DNA of 64,000 nt from an uncultured delta proteobacterium (GCA_963696385.1 CAVOKF010000004.1:1056001-1120000), one strand, 5' to 3'; shown: positions 41,277 to 53,100, counted from the stretch's first letter. Numbers and translations are program-made. The notes: generated from the sequence alone by a model not told the origin.

Positions 41277-41746
41277 GCGTCGCGGCGGATAGGTCGGGCC
41301 CATCCTCGCGTAACGCGCCATCCCTCACGACGCAACGAGATGCGGGGCGAGGCAAGTTGACTTCGGTTGCAGCGGGAAATGGATGGCGCGGGATTTCGAG
41401 GCCCGCCTGGCAATGACTCTCCCGATGCGGCGAGGGCGAAATCTCGCGCGACTGACGAACTAACCGGAGAGCTTCTCTACGTTCAGATCACGACGAGCAC
41501 ATGGCGGCGCGCCGCGGCCGTTTGGGAACGTGACCGCGCCGGCTGAGGCCTTGGACGTGGACGTGCCGGTCGCTGCGCAAGCGCTCGAATGGGTGCCCAT
41601 CACAGTCACGACGAAGCGCAGGCACTTCGATTTGAGTCAGCAAACGGCCCCGGGGTGGCAATGGATCCGGCCCTCGTGATTTCGCGCCGATTCGCGAAGT
41701 AGCACGGGACGCTTTCGTCCATGGGCCTCGGCTACGCTACGCGCGA

Positions 41747-42505
41747 GTGAACGGTCTTCCCGACGGCGCACGCAGAGCCCTCGAGCGCGCTCGCGCCGAG
41801 AAACTCAGCTTTTCGGTCGACCTGCTCAAGGCCGCCGATGGGCGCCTCATCGCGGTGCTCGGCGAAGCGCACGTGAAGCTCGCGAAAGCCGCCGCGATCG
41901 GAGAGGAGGTCATCGGCCAGTTCGAGTTGCGCGGAGTCGAGACGTTCCAGCGAAGGCAGATCGTCGGCGGCCGCGCCCTCGGCGCCGTCATCACGGCACC
42001 GAGAACCCTGCTCCGTGTGCTCTCGCTCGGCGCGGTCCGGGGGAGCACGATCACCGACGCGAAGCATCTTTCCTCCGGCTACACGGTAGAACTCGAACGC
42101 ACGAAGCGTGTGCCCTTCGGGCTCCACGTCGCCGCGCTCTACATGACCGCGTTCTTAGTCGTTGCCTTTCTTGCGTTACTCGCTCCCTTGTTGATGCTCG
42201 TCGCTCCTTCTTTGGCGACCGCGATCACACTACTCGCGCGCCTCTTTCAGATACATCTCCTCACGCTGAGCCTCGCGCTCTTTCTTCGAAGGCATTCGTG
42301 GAGCTGGGTGGTTCATCCCTTCCTCGGCATCCTCACCCTTCGCGACGAGCTCATGGCCGAGGGGACCGTTCGCATGCTCGACGACCATCCGACGGTCCCG
42401 GCGGCCGTCGTGGTGATGGGGCGGGCGCATGTTTCGGGGTACACGCGGATCCTCGTCGAGCGCTACGGGTTCGCGCGCGATGAGGCTCGGGATCAAACGG
42501 GCTGA
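41747..42505 (+). CDS. TraB/GumN-like membrane protein
   Basis: VLGEAHV...RDE.MA...VVVMGRAHV.G with TM insert. Confidence 0.55.
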   Translation: MNGLPDGARRALERARAEKLSFSVDLLKAADGRLIAVLGEAHVKLAKAAAIGEEVIGQFELRGVETFQRRQIVGGRALGAVITAPRTLLRVLSLGAVRGSTITDAKHLSSGYTVELERTKRVPFGLHVAALYMTAFLVVAFLALLAPLLMLVAPSLATAITLLARLFQIHLLTLSLALFLRRHSWSWVVHPFLGILTLRDELMAEGTVRMLDDHPTVPAAVVVMGRAHVSGYTRILVERYGFARDEARDQTG

Positions 42506-42794
42506 ATCCGAGGAGGTGCTCGGCCGCGATCCACTTGGCCGGCCCCCGGCTTGACCTCGCGTCCTGGCTACTTCGCCGATCCGCCGAAAATTCGCTGCGC
42601 AGCGCTATGTTCGCGCACCATGTTCGCCATCGTGACCGCGCTCGCCGCCGCAGCGGTCGACCTGTTTCGCTCGCGACGGTACAGCGCCTCAGGACCGCGC
42701 CTCCGCAGCGCGCTTGGCGGCGTCGATGCGAGGAAACGTGCGGGGTCGCGTCGATCTGCCCAAGATTCGTTCGTCGCGAGGGTAGGAGGTCAAA

Positions 42795-43385
42795 ATGTCT
42801 GCATCAGTGCTCTACATGTCTATGTCTCTCGACGGGTACATCGCAGGTCCGAACGACAGCCGGGACAATCCCGGGGGCGACGACTTCATGCGGCTGCACG
42901 CTTGGTACGGGTTCGGTCCGAACGGTCCGAAGGGGGGGCCGCCGAGAGGTCAAGGTCAGCATTTCTTAAACGAAATCAACGCGACCGGCGCGGTCCTCGC
43001 GGGTCGGCGTACCGTGGAGCAGGTCGATCACTGGGGCGGTGACCATCACGCCGGCGTCCGGATCTTCGTGCCCAGCCATCGGCCGCCCGGCTCTTCCGTC
43101 ACGAAGTATCCGTTGGTGACGTATGTGGCCGACGGGATCGCCAGCGCGATGGCACAGGCGAAGGCCGCCGCGGGGAGCCGGAACGTGTTGGTGCATGGCG
43201 CGTACACGGCGCAACGGGCGCTCGAGGCTGGTCTGTTGGACGAGTTGCAGATCCATCATATCCCGGTGCTGTTCGGTCGTGGCCTTCGGCAGTTTGATGT
43301 GTTGCCCTCGCGCATCGAACTCGAGGTCGTTCGGGTGATCGACACCCCGGAGGCAACACACATCCGCTACCGCGTCCGTCGATAG
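42795..43385 (+). CDS. DHFR/RibD C-terminal-domain protein
   Basis: MSMSLDGYIAGP, GRRT, GLLDEL..IPVLFG; AGGAGG RBS. Confidence 0.9.
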   Translation: MSASVLYMSMSLDGYIAGPNDSRDNPGGDDFMRLHAWYGFGPNGPKGGPPRGQGQHFLNEINATGAVLAGRRTVEQVDHWGGDHHAGVRIFVPSHRPPGSSVTKYPLVTYVADGIASAMAQAKAAAGSRNVLVHGAYTAQRALEAGLLDELQIHHIPVLFGRGLRQFDVLPSRIELEVVRVIDTPEATHIRYRVRR

Positions 43386-43578
43386 GAGCCGTCTGATTCA
43401 GAGACGGGTGCGTCGCAAGTGCCTCGACCACATCCTGGTGCTTGACGACCGGCCCCATGGCCCTGCGAACCGGCACCGCATCGCCGTGAGCAGCGCCCGA
43501 TCTCGACGTCAAGCGGGAGCCGATGAACTGGAGCCAGAGTCCGCGATGAGTCTCGTGGCGAAAACGAACGGCTGACGG

Positions 43579-44688
43579 CTATGCCGCCGATTGCCTTGGT
43601 AGGTCGATGGTGAACACGCAACCTATGCCGGGCAAGTCGCGAACGCGAAGGTCTCCCTTCATCGCCTGGATGGCTTTTAGGCAAATGGACAGTCCGAGGC
43701 CAAGACCGCTGCGATCGGTTCCACGCTGCGCGAATGGTTTGAACAGCTCATCGACCTTCCCTGGCGGCAGGCCCCCACACTCGTCCGCAACCTCGATGAC
43801 AACGCGCTCCGCGGTCGAGCGGGTGGTAAGTGAGACGTGGCCCTTTTTCGGCGTGAACTTGAAGGCGTTGTGAAGCAGGTTGGCAACGGCCGCAGAGAGG
43901 ATCTGTCGATCTGCCTGGACGATGACACTCCGCTCGACCGAACGGACGGTGAAGTGAATCTCTCTTGATTGGGCCTGCATCGAGCCACTGATCTCGACCT
44001 CTTCGAGGAGGTCAGCCACCGCAATGGGCTCAGGGGTCGGGATGTCCGCGTCCAGGCGCACGTCCGCAAGTGAGCGGTCGATGAGCCGTTGAAGGCCCAT
44101 CAGGCTCCGAGCCAGCAGCATGCTCGTGGCGCCACCGGGAGCCACGATACCCTTCTTGATACTGTCAAATGAGAGCATTGCCGAATTGATCTGATTTCGA
44201 AGCTCGTGCGCGAGAACGCCGAGCCGCTCGACTCCTTCGTCGCGGATCGTTCGTTCGCGCTGGGTCGCGTCGTCTCGGATCGAGCGCTCGTGCTCCTGGG
44301 AATATTCTGTCACCGCGCCGGCAATCGCATCGTCAAGGCAAAGGTTCAGCGTACGAAACTCTTCCGTCGATACGGCGGCGTTCTGTTCCACCGCCAGTTC
44401 CGTGATCACCTGGCAGAGGTCACCGTAGTCGTGAACGACCTGCGCCACCGTAAAGCCGCGGTGCAAAAGCGTACTCCCATGCTGTCGGGCAGTCGTCGTG
44501 ATGGAATCGTGATTGACTTCTCGGCTCGACACCGCGAGACGCAGGGCGTCCACGAGTTGGTTCAAGAACACCGGGAGCCCCACGGTCAGCTCGACTTCGG
44601 TCGCTACGGGGGCGCTTCGCTGGGCCACGCGCTTCCGGGCTCGAGCCAGAGTCGCTTCGGAGTTGGCCAATAGAAACTCGTACAGCAT
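43579..44688 (-). CDS. Sensor histidine kinase
   Basis: VAQVVHDYGDLCQ N-domain, LAHELRN, NAFKF, DECGG, GLGLGL. Confidence 0.9.
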   Translation of the reverse strand: MLYEFLLANSEATLARARKRVAQRSAPVATEVELTVGLPVFLNQLVDALRLAVSSREVNHDSITTTARQHGSTLLHRGFTVAQVVHDYGDLCQVITELAVEQNAAVSTEEFRTLNLCLDDAIAGAVTEYSQEHERSIRDDATQRERTIRDEGVERLGVLAHELRNQINSAMLSFDSIKKGIVAPGGATSMLLARSLMGLQRLIDRSLADVRLDADIPTPEPIAVADLLEEVEISGSMQAQSREIHFTVRSVERSVIVQADRQILSAAVANLLHNAFKFTPKKGHVSLTTRSTAERVVIEVADECGGLPPGKVDELFKPFAQRGTDRSGLGLGLSICLKAIQAMKGDLRVRDLPGIGCVFTIDLPRQSAA

Positions 44689-44885
44689 CGCGCGACACTA
44701 CACCGTCCAGCGGGGTCCGAAGCACAGTTCGTGCCGCAGCTTTACTGGGCGGGACGTCCCGGTCCCCTCGTTGGGTGGCCACCGACTTTTGCAATCTGCC
44801 TTGAAACTTTGGCTGAATGCCTGGGTGGCTCGGCAATTCGCTCCGTCGCCTGTCAACAAGTCAAGCTTCAATTTTCACGCCGTGC

Positions 44886-44900
44886 AGGCACGAACGTTGC
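44886..44900 (+). promoter_or_regulatory. possible sigma54 promoter of kai operon
   Basis: AGGCACGAACGTTGC. Confidence 0.5.
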
Positions 44901-44975
44901 GTAGCCACCTGCCGCGTGGGAACTGGCGGCACGATGGGCGCCACGCACTGTGCACCGATTAGCCATGGCGCTTCG

Positions 44976-45351
44976 ATGACAAAGACCAAGCCCGCCGAGC
45001 AATCGCAGTCCAAGGCGTCGAACGAGCTCGGCAAGGCCCGAACGGGCATCGCAGACCTCGACGAATTGACTTCGGGAGGGCTGCCTCGCGGTCGTCCTAC
45101 GCTGGTCTGCGGCAGTGCTGGCGATCAGCGTTTGCAAGTCGCGAGGCACGGCGCACTCGAACCAGATCCGAGAGTTTGTCATCAGCGCTCGAGGCCTTAC
45201 GCTGGTCAGCGCGTATCGCGCCGCCGATGGCCTCGTCACCGGGTCCGCGCGGGAGGCGCAGCAGCGGCACGACCAGGCCAACGGCGGAGGGGTCCACCAC
45301 AACGGCGGCCGCCACCCCGAAACTCCGGCCGACGCCCAAGGGTCCCCATGA
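44976..45351 (+). pseudogene. kaiC: kaiC with most of the gene deleted
   Basis: TGIADLDELTSGGLPRGRPTLVCGSAG joined near 45120 to KSRGTAHSNQIREF...TGSAREAQ. Confidence 0.85.
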
Positions 45352-45443
45352 GCGGTACGGCCAAGAAGATCATCGGCGATCTCTCGAACTTCGAACGTGT
45401 GCTGGTCGGTCTCGAGCTGACGGCCTACCCGGTGCAGCGATGA
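45348..45443 (+). pseudogene. kaiB: kaiB remnant (start plus C-terminus)
   Basis: MSGTA-KKIIGDLSNFERVLVGLEL; ATGA overlaps on both sides. Confidence 0.75.
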
Positions 45444-47518
45444 TTGCCTCGGCGCGCGCCCTTTCGGCCGAGACGGCCACGATCGACCCCGAGTATGTGC
45501 TGCGACTCTTCGTCTCTGGTTTCACGCCACGCTCGCAACGGGCCATCTGCAGCTTGAAGCACATCTGCGAGCGATACCTGACAGGCCGTTATCGGATCGA
45601 AGTCGTCGATCTGTACCAGTCGCCGGGCCTCGCGCGCGGCGAACAGATCCTCGCCACCCCGACGCTTCTGAGGCTTTTGCCCATGCCGCGGCGACGAATC
45701 ATCGGGGACCTCGCTCAAGTGGACAAGGTTCTGCACGCTCTCGACATCCCGGGGGAGAAGATGGCGAAAATCGTCGCAGCGCGCGCGGCGCCCGCTAGGG
45801 CGCCTAGGGCGCGCCGGTCGCTGCGCGCCCGACTGGACGAGGCCGAGCAGTCCCTCGCGGCGATCCGTGCCGGCGAAGTGGACGCCGTCGTGGTCGGAGG
45901 TCCTTCGGGCGATCGTATCTACACGCTCGAGGGGGCCGAGCACGGCTACCGAGTCTTGATGGAAGCGATGAGCGAGGGCGTCGCGACGGTCACCCAGCAG
46001 GGGATCGTCACGTATTGCAACGTGCGATTCGCAGCGATCCTCGGTGCCCGGTTGGAATTGACCATCGGAAACCCCATCGCCCGATTCCTTCCGGAAGGGG
46101 GCTGGGGTGAGCTTAAGGCACTCCTCGTCGCCGGAACCGAAGGCCGCGGCGAGAGCGAGCTCTGGCTGAAGGCGCCGTGCGCCAACGCGCCGGCCCTCGT
46201 GAGACTGGCGGTGGTGGCCATGAGGTTGGATGGGGCCCTCACGCACTGTCTAGTGATGACCGACTTGACTGAGCAGCGCCGGCAGGCCGTTGCGATCGCA
46301 GCGGAGCGGGCGCAAATGCAGGCACGCCTGCTGCTGGTCGACCGCATGTCGTCGCTCGGAACGCTGGCGGCCGGCGTGGCTCACGAGATCAACAACCCAC
46401 TCGCGTACGTTGTCACGAGCCTCGAGCTGATGAAGAGCCGCTTGCAGGACGCTACCGCGGCGACGCAAGGGGTGGGGAGCGAGCCGACCGAGTGGCTGCG
46501 GCGCCAGTTGGCCCGCGCGTCCGAGGGGGTGGAGCGCGTGCGCCTCATCGTGCGCGATCTGAAGGCATTCTCGCGACCCGACGAAGAGACGATGGGCGTC
46601 GTGGATCCGCGGCGAGCGCTGGATACATCGATCGCGCTGGCTTCGAACGAGATCAGTCACCGAGCGAGGCTCGTGAGAGACTACGACGCCCTCCCCAAGG
46701 TGTGGGCCAACGAGGCACACCTCGGGCAACTGTTTCTGCATCTGCTGCTCAATGCCGCCCAGGCGATTGCGCCGGGTGCTGCCGCCGACAACGAGATTCG
46801 TGTCTCCGGCCGCACCGATTGCGAGGGCCGCGCGGTCATCGAGGTCCGCGACACGGGCTCGGGGATCGATACCGCTCATCTGAACCTCGTCTTCGATCCG
46901 TTCTTCACCACCAAGCCCCAGCACGAAGGCACGGGGCTCGGGCTCTCGTTTTGCCACTCCATCGTCGCCTCGCTCGATGGACAGATCACCGTGAAAAGCG
47001 AGCGCGGCGAAGGAAGCGTCTTCCGCGTCCTTCTTCCCGGCATCGCGCTCGCGACCTCGACCGCCCCTTCGTTCACCGAGCCGACGCCGGCGGTCGTGCA
47101 GCCTCTTGCCAATCGCCGTGGCCAGATCCTCGTGATTGACGACGAGCCAGACATCTGCCTTGCGCTGGAGGAGGCTCTGCAGAGGTCTCATGACGTCGTC
47201 ACGACGACCGAGGCGGTTCGAGCGCTCGACTTGCTCGCCGCGGGCCAGCGCTTCCACCTTATCCTTTGTGACGTCCGGATGCCAAGGATGACGGGGCTCG
47301 ATTTCTACGCCCGGCTAACTGCCCTGGACCCCTCACAAGCCCGCCGGGTTGTTCTGATGAGCGGCGCTTTCTCGCGGCGCCCTGGCGATCCGGCTCTGGC
47401 GCTTCCGGCCCCCGTCCTCGAGAAGCCGTTCGGCGTGGACCGGGTCCTCTCGCTGCTTCACGAATCGATGCGGACCGAGCTGTCCGCGTCCCGCGCCCCA
47501 AAAGGGGACGTAGTTTAG
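45440..47518 (+). CDS. KaiB domain in frame with PAS-HisKA-HATPase-REC hybrid kinase
   Basis: YVLRLFVSG.TPRS..ILATPTL..RRIIGDL; AHEINNP, PFFTTK, GTGLGL, CDVRMP; internal ATG 45761 has an RBS. Confidence 0.85.
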   Translation: MIASARALSAETATIDPEYVLRLFVSGFTPRSQRAICSLKHICERYLTGRYRIEVVDLYQSPGLARGEQILATPTLLRLLPMPRRRIIGDLAQVDKVLHALDIPGEKMAKIVAARAAPARAPRARRSLRARLDEAEQSLAAIRAGEVDAVVVGGPSGDRIYTLEGAEHGYRVLMEAMSEGVATVTQQGIVTYCNVRFAAILGARLELTIGNPIARFLPEGGWGELKALLVAGTEGRGESELWLKAPCANAPALVRLAVVAMRLDGALTHCLVMTDLTEQRRQAVAIAAERAQMQARLLLVDRMSSLGTLAAGVAHEINNPLAYVVTSLELMKSRLQDATAATQGVGSEPTEWLRRQLARASEGVERVRLIVRDLKAFSRPDEETMGVVDPRRALDTSIALASNEISHRARLVRDYDALPKVWANEAHLGQLFLHLLLNAAQAIAPGAAADNEIRVSGRTDCEGRAVIEVRDTGSGIDTAHLNLVFDPFFTTKPQHEGTGLGLSFCHSIVASLDGQITVKSERGEGSVFRVLLPGIALATSTAPSFTEPTPAVVQPLANRRGQILVIDDEPDICLALEEALQRSHDVVTTTEAVRALDLLAAGQRFHLILCDVRMPRMTGLDFYARLTALDPSQARRVVLMSGAFSRRPGDPALALPAPVLEKPFGVDRVLSLLHESMRTELSASRAPKGDVV

Positions 47519-47672
47519 CCCCCGGTCCGCGAGGGGGGGGGTCTCCCGCTTGGGCGGCTATCGGCGGCGCCGCTGACCCTGCCGGCCGTCGACAGACTCG
47601 TTCATGGAACTTGCGTTACGTCACGCAGGCGCACGGCCAAATCGTGCACGTCGAGATCTCACGCACGGTGCA

Positions 47673-48203
47673 CTAGCCGGCGCGCAGTTGCCGGGCGTCC
47701 CGTACCGCGTGTACGGCGACAACAAGAGCCTCGGCCGGGACCGAGGTCTCACCCTGCTTGCTTGTGCTCTCGCCGACCCGGGCTGCTGCATCTTGAATGC
47801 AGGGAAAGGATTTGCGCGGATACGTAAGCTGCGCGGCGAGTGAAACGCTCGCAACGACCGCGCGGACCGCCGCGGCTCGGAAACCGGCGCCTTCGAAGGC
47901 CACGACGGAAAAGGCGAGCGGTAGCTTTCGAAGCCACGTTGCGCTCAGCGCGCGTGCCTCGCTGGACGGCAGCGGAGTGCTGTCGCCGACGACCATGAAC
48001 AGCCGCGCCGAGTGGCCCGTGGCGTCTTGCAGCGCGAGGAGTACGCGGCCCAGCCAATCGATGGCGTGCAGTCTCGTCTCGCCGCACCAAACCACGATGG
48101 CGACTCGGCGCCACGCCGCAACCACGTGGTCGATGTCGCTTTCCAGAATTCGGGGGGCCTCTTCGTCGGTCACGGGACCTCGAAAAGCGAAGGCTGCACG
48201 CAC
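47673..48203 (-). CDS. Hypothetical protein
   Basis: EARA...VAFEGAGFRAAAVRAV motif, coding-like composition; start uncertain. Confidence 0.5.
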   Translation of the reverse strand: MRAAFAFRGPVTDEEAPRILESDIDHVVAAWRRVAIVVWCGETRLHAIDWLGRVLLALQDATGHSARLFMVVGDSTPLPSSEARALSATWLRKLPLAFSVVAFEGAGFRAAAVRAVVASVSLAAQLTYPRKSFPCIQDAAARVGESTSKQGETSVPAEALVVAVHAVRDARQLRAG

Positions 48204-48853
48204 AAGACAGCGAGGTCGCGCCTAAGAAGCCCGGGGCACACAGACCGCGTCCGTGCTCTGGCGCCTAGAAACGCCGTGATCGCGACGGGGAGCCCCGCGG
48301 ACGGATGCGATTCGCCTCCGGTCGAAACGTGGATGCCTCCCCACCAGAGCGCCTCCTTCATGTGTCGATCGTTGCGGTTCAGGCTTCGCGGCGTCGCGAG
48401 TTCATCAGGGACCGAGCCGCGCTGCCATCTGAAGCCCACGGCACGGGCTAGCGTGCGGACGGATGCCGTCCGCTGCAAGGGGAGATCTCCGAAAACACGC
48501 TGACGTTCAGAGGGCCACACGCGGGGAGATGTCGGGAGCCGAGCCGAAGCCTCGGTCCGGGTGTGCCAACGGTCCAAAACGACGGGTGTAGCGCGCCGGC
48601 ACGAATATCCGGCCACCGTTACGACGGCCTCGTCCGCAAGGCATGCCAGAGCGATTGCGGCGCACTCGACAGCCGCGCCTCGACGGCAGCGTTGTCGGCT
48701 GAATCTCGATTGGGAAGATGCAGTGAGGTGAGGAGAGGGCTTCTCGCTTGAATTTCGTCATCCGATGCGAGTCGCGCGCTCGAATGAGGACGTTGAGGAG
48801 GGTCTCGAACGTTACGATGACGTCCCCGCTTCGGCTGAAGCATGGCCTGCCTG

Positions 48854-49417
48854 TCATCGTGGCCGAATGGATGATCGCGGGAACGACCCTCGAGCCGTTC
48901 CTTCCTCGTGCGAGCACCCGTCGCTCTTGCCTTCCGCGTAATGTGTAGTCTCAGGCTGCATAGGCCTGCGACCAGAGTGCGCCAGACGATGCACGGTCGC
49001 GCGCGACACCCGAAAACCGGCCGCGGCGAGCAAGTCTTGCCCGGCGCTCAGCATGTCGTCGGCATCGACGGCTTCCTCGAATTGCTCGTCCGAAATCGAG
49101 TCCAGCGCCCCGCACGCATACGCTCGGGCCATGGCCATCGTCCGGTTGCCCGTGCCTTCACGCTTGAGCGTTCGCGCCGCGTTCAAGACGCGGACAATCG
49201 TTCGCTGTTTCGTGTCGCCGTCAGCCTTCACGGCGAGATAGGCGCGGTACATGCGGCCGACTCTCTCGACCTGATGAGCAGTCGCATCGCCCGCCTCGAG
49301 CGCCTCGACATAGCTGGCGACCACCTCTCGGAGCCAGCGGGCCTGCTGCAATACGATGCCATCCGCGAGGGCGGGCGAGCTCAGGGACGAGACGTTCAGC
49401 GAGGATTTGGTGGCCAT
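48854..49417 (-). CDS. Hypothetical protein
   Basis: ATG (MATKSS) after ACAGGA; helical composition. Confidence 0.45.
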   Translation of the reverse strand: MATKSSLNVSSLSSPALADGIVLQQARWLREVVASYVEALEAGDATAHQVERVGRMYRAYLAVKADGDTKQRTIVRVLNAARTLKREGTGNRTMAMARAYACGALDSISDEQFEEAVDADDMLSAGQDLLAAAGFRVSRATVHRLAHSGRRPMQPETTHYAEGKSDGCSHEEGTARGSFPRSSIRPR

Positions 49418-49829
49418 CGGTGGATTCGTCCTGTGATGTCGAAAGCTTAAAGAGTAGCGGACGAAAGCCTCTCGTTCAGCCCCATTTGTCGACCATCGAA
49501 AGCGCCTGCACGGCATTTTTTCCCACTGGCTGTGCGTCTCGAATGGGTCCGAGTTGGCGATTCAATGCGCCGGATCGCGAAAGGCGCTTTGGGCAGATCC
49601 GGGCGCGACTCGCGCTCCGCATGCGAACGTCGTTCGGCTGTCCGTCGTCCAAGGTTGGGGCCTCCTGCTTCTCGCCTTAGCCGCCGTCCGATCGTGTCAG
49701 GTCACCTCGGATCAGGTACTGGCAGCCCGTTTCATCCGTGAACGTCTCCGTGATTCCGACGGTTCCCATCGACGTCGAGACCGTCACCGACGTGAACACC
49801 CAAGGAACGCAGGGCCTGCTGCTGGCGGG

Positions 49830-50046
49830 CAGCATTTGCGGCACGGCGATTACGCCGGGCATGGGCCGCCCTTCGCGCACCCGTTCGTGCGCCTTTCCGA
49901 TCAGCGTGGCGACGTCGTGAGTCAACAGGATCCGTCGCTCGGATGCCGCTCTCTCCAGCACAGCGTCATCGGTTGCCCCGCGCATTCCTAGGTCCTGCAC
50001 GCGTACAACATCCGCCGCCGGAAGGCGGCGCAGGACACCGTCGAAG
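49830..50046 (-). pseudogene. DUF5615 PIN-like protein fragment
   Basis: DVVRVQDLG..GATDDAVLERAA.E.RILLTHD...PMPGVI; both ends missing. Confidence 0.7.
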
Positions 50047-50174
50047 GACAGGACCTCGTCTTCCCCGGCCCGTCGCTGGAAGTCCGCTACGGCACTATCG
50101 GATCCGGCCCACGTCAGCTGTGAACCGTTCGGCCTGCGGTGCGCTATCCCGTGCGGCCGTCATCCGCTGCCGAG

Positions 50175-53100
50175 TCATTTGAAGCCCTTTGCCACGATGC
50201 CGAACAGCGTCGAAATCCAAGACGAGAACTGCGGATACTGCGCAGCGAGAAGGCTGGCCATCGGGAAGAGGCCCCAGACGACGATTCGGCGCCCCAGCGC
50301 CCAGTCCCAGGTCACAACCCCGGCCTTCGTCCCCGCAATCGCGCTGATGACCGGATCGCGATCGAGCGCGATGTAGATGCCGAAGATCGCGAGTACCATC
50401 GCGGCGACCGAGACGAAAATGAGGCTCGCGATCAGTCGCTGCGGCTGCACGAAATAGACGGACGTCATGAGGACGCCGAGAACGCTGCCGACGATGAGAG
50501 GCGGAACGAACAGGCGGAAGTGCCGTACGTAGCGTGGAACGAACACCGCGACGAGCGTTGCGGCGAGCGCGTCGGCCAGGCGGCGCACCTCCTCCGAGAA
50601 CCCGTCTCTATCCGCCCAAGCCTGCGCCGATGCGTCGAGAAGGCGGCTTACGAGCTCGGCCCGGTCTGCTCTTCCCTCGAGGGCGTCCGGCGCGCAACGC
50701 GTCCCTGCCTCGCACCGTAGCTCCCTCCGCAGGACTTCGGCGCAAGCTTCGGCCTGGTCACGAAAGGAGCCGTGAGCCGCTGCGAGCGCGCCTAGAGCCT
50801 CCACCGGCCAGGCAAGGTCGACGACCTCGCTGCCCGACAGGCCTACCTGCGCCGTCAGCGACCGAGCCAACGCCGGCGGTAGGCCGGCCATCGCCGCTAG
50901 GACCGGCGAGTGAGCCAAGCGCTGAAGCAGCCGGCGGAGGACGGCCCAGGTCGCGAGGAGACGGGCGAAATTGCCGGTAATCGGAAGGATCGTCAGACAA
51001 GCGAACCCGACGACGAGCGTGTTGCGCCACCCTCGCTCGAAGGTCTGGGGCGGCTTGATGAGCAGGGCGATCAGGATGCACCCCGCCGTGAAGGCGTGCA
51101 CGGCGACGGGAACCAATGGAAACGAAGCCCATGGGTTGCGGATCACGCGGAGCAGGCGCTGCTCGACTTCGGCCAACCCCGTGCGATCGTCGCTGCCGAG
51201 CCGTTCGCCGAGGGCCAGCGCTATGGGAGGCGTCACGCCTCGGAAGAGCGCTCGCCTGGAGACGCCGAAGGCGTGCATATCCAGAAACCGCAGCCGAACG
51301 CGCCAACACCAGAGGCCAAGGCCGAGGATGGTCAGCCCGATGAGTCCAGCGACGACCGGAGAGCCACCGCTCATGAGATTCAACGTCGCCTCGCTCTGCG
51401 GGCCGCAGCCCAGGCCCAAGGCGATGATCGACGCCAGGGTGGCCGACCCCGCGAGCAGCGCGGCGCCCCAGGCCGACGGATCCTGCGGTCGCCATTGGGC
51501 GGCCACCGTCCAGGCGTTGATGCCTAAACTCAGCGCGACAAGGGCGATGCTGAGCACCGCGTTGCCCCAGCTCGGGCTGTCCCCCTCTCGTGCAAACCTT
51601 GCGGTGATCAATAGGATTGTCGGAGACGCGGCTACGGTCAAAAGTGCCGCGGTGACGACCGTATCGTCCGCCCGCAAGTCGGCATACTGGCACGGCTCGA
51701 CCATCGCCCAGAGCGGGCCTCGATGACGAAGAAATCCCACCCGCTCTTGTGCGCGGGCGAATCGACGTGCGACCACGTCTCCCAGCCACGGCGCCTCCAC
51801 GAGGAGGAAAATGACAAAGAACGCGGCGCCGAAAAACCCCGTTACAAACGACCAGCTCACTGGAGTGGTAGGGCATGGGCGTCGCGGACAGCTGGCTGGG
51901 TCGACCGGTTCCCCCCCGATCCGGTCGGCGTCGATCTGCCAGAACGCGCCGTTTCCGATGAGCGAGATCCGCACGGCCGGAGGCGGCGCCGGGTCCCCAA
52001 GAAGGGTTCGCGCCGCGTTGAAGACACTCCCGACCATCTCGTTCTTGAGCGACGTAGAGTGGTTATCGATGGCGGGGGGCACAGAATGGGCGACCAGCAT
52101 CCCGTTCAGGAATGGCGCATAATCCGGCGTCAGGTACCGGACATCGGTGCTTAGCGTGAAGAGCCGCACGTCAGGGAATTCGGAGCGAATACGCTGCGCG
52201 AGAAAGACGACATCGAGCGCGTCGGTCGCGAGGATACCGATGAATCGCACATGCCTGGCGCTGAGACCACGCAGCACTTCGGCGAGGGCGAGATCGTGAG
52301 CGACGCCGGCGTTCTTCGAAAGCGCCGTGTCGGACGTGCCCTGAGCGAGCGGAGCGCCGTCGGGAGGCGCTGCACCGCTCGTGTCGCCGGTGCTGTCGAC
52401 TGGGTCAGAGTTCGGGGTGCGAATCGGAGCCAAGCTCGGGGGAAACTTGAGCTCGAGGAACTTCGGCTCCCTCTCCGCGCCGGCGGACCCGTAGCTCGTG
52501 AGGCTTTCGGTGAGCAGCGCGATGTTGGGATCCCTGCCAGCTTCGCAGTGCCCGCCCCGCTGGCACAAAAAGAGACGCATCGCCGTCAAGAGGTCCGGGT
52601 CCTGAGGCGTGACTGGCGAGTACGACACGCGGCCCTCTCCGTCGGAGGCGCCCGCCGCGATCCCTTTGACGGTGCTCGCGACGTCCGGGCTGGTCGCCGT
52701 CCCCGAAGCCACCGCAAATCGCCTGGTTCGGGGGGTCGCGTGTTTGCGGATGGCCGCAGCCAGAGACGCCGCAGTACCGGAGAACGTCGGTCCCACGATG
52801 CGGTACTCGTCGCCTCCTTGCTTCGACGGCCACCAGGCCGCGAAATCGTCAACGAGGGTCAGCGCCCTCTCGAACTGCCTTTCTTGAAGCCCCCAGGTGG
52901 GCGTCTCACCCACGAGGAGCACGACAATGGCGTACGACGTTGCGGGATCGGTCTGCGGGCGATAGACCAAGACGCCCGGCTGCGTCCCCCAGCAACGACG
53001 CTGCCCGTGCGTCGTGGCGCGGCGTCCCGGCCACGGCAACCAGCCGCGGTCGCGAAGATACGACGAGCCACCGCTCGGGAAAGCGACGGCCTCCTGAACG

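Noticed and set aside
42599..43560. Possible integrase/IS remnants either side of the DHFR-like gene
   Set aside because: Only short resemblances (e.g. MFAIVTALAAAAVDLFRSR); no catalytic motif or ends verifiable by eye
44240..44300. 11-aa internal repeat in the kinase (QEHERSIRDDA / QRERTIRDEG)
   Set aside because: In-frame linker duplication with no evident significance
38983..47518. Functional circadian clock
   Set aside because: No kaiA, the kaiB-linked kaiC is largely deleted, and the intact ATPase lacks the ST phosphosite pair
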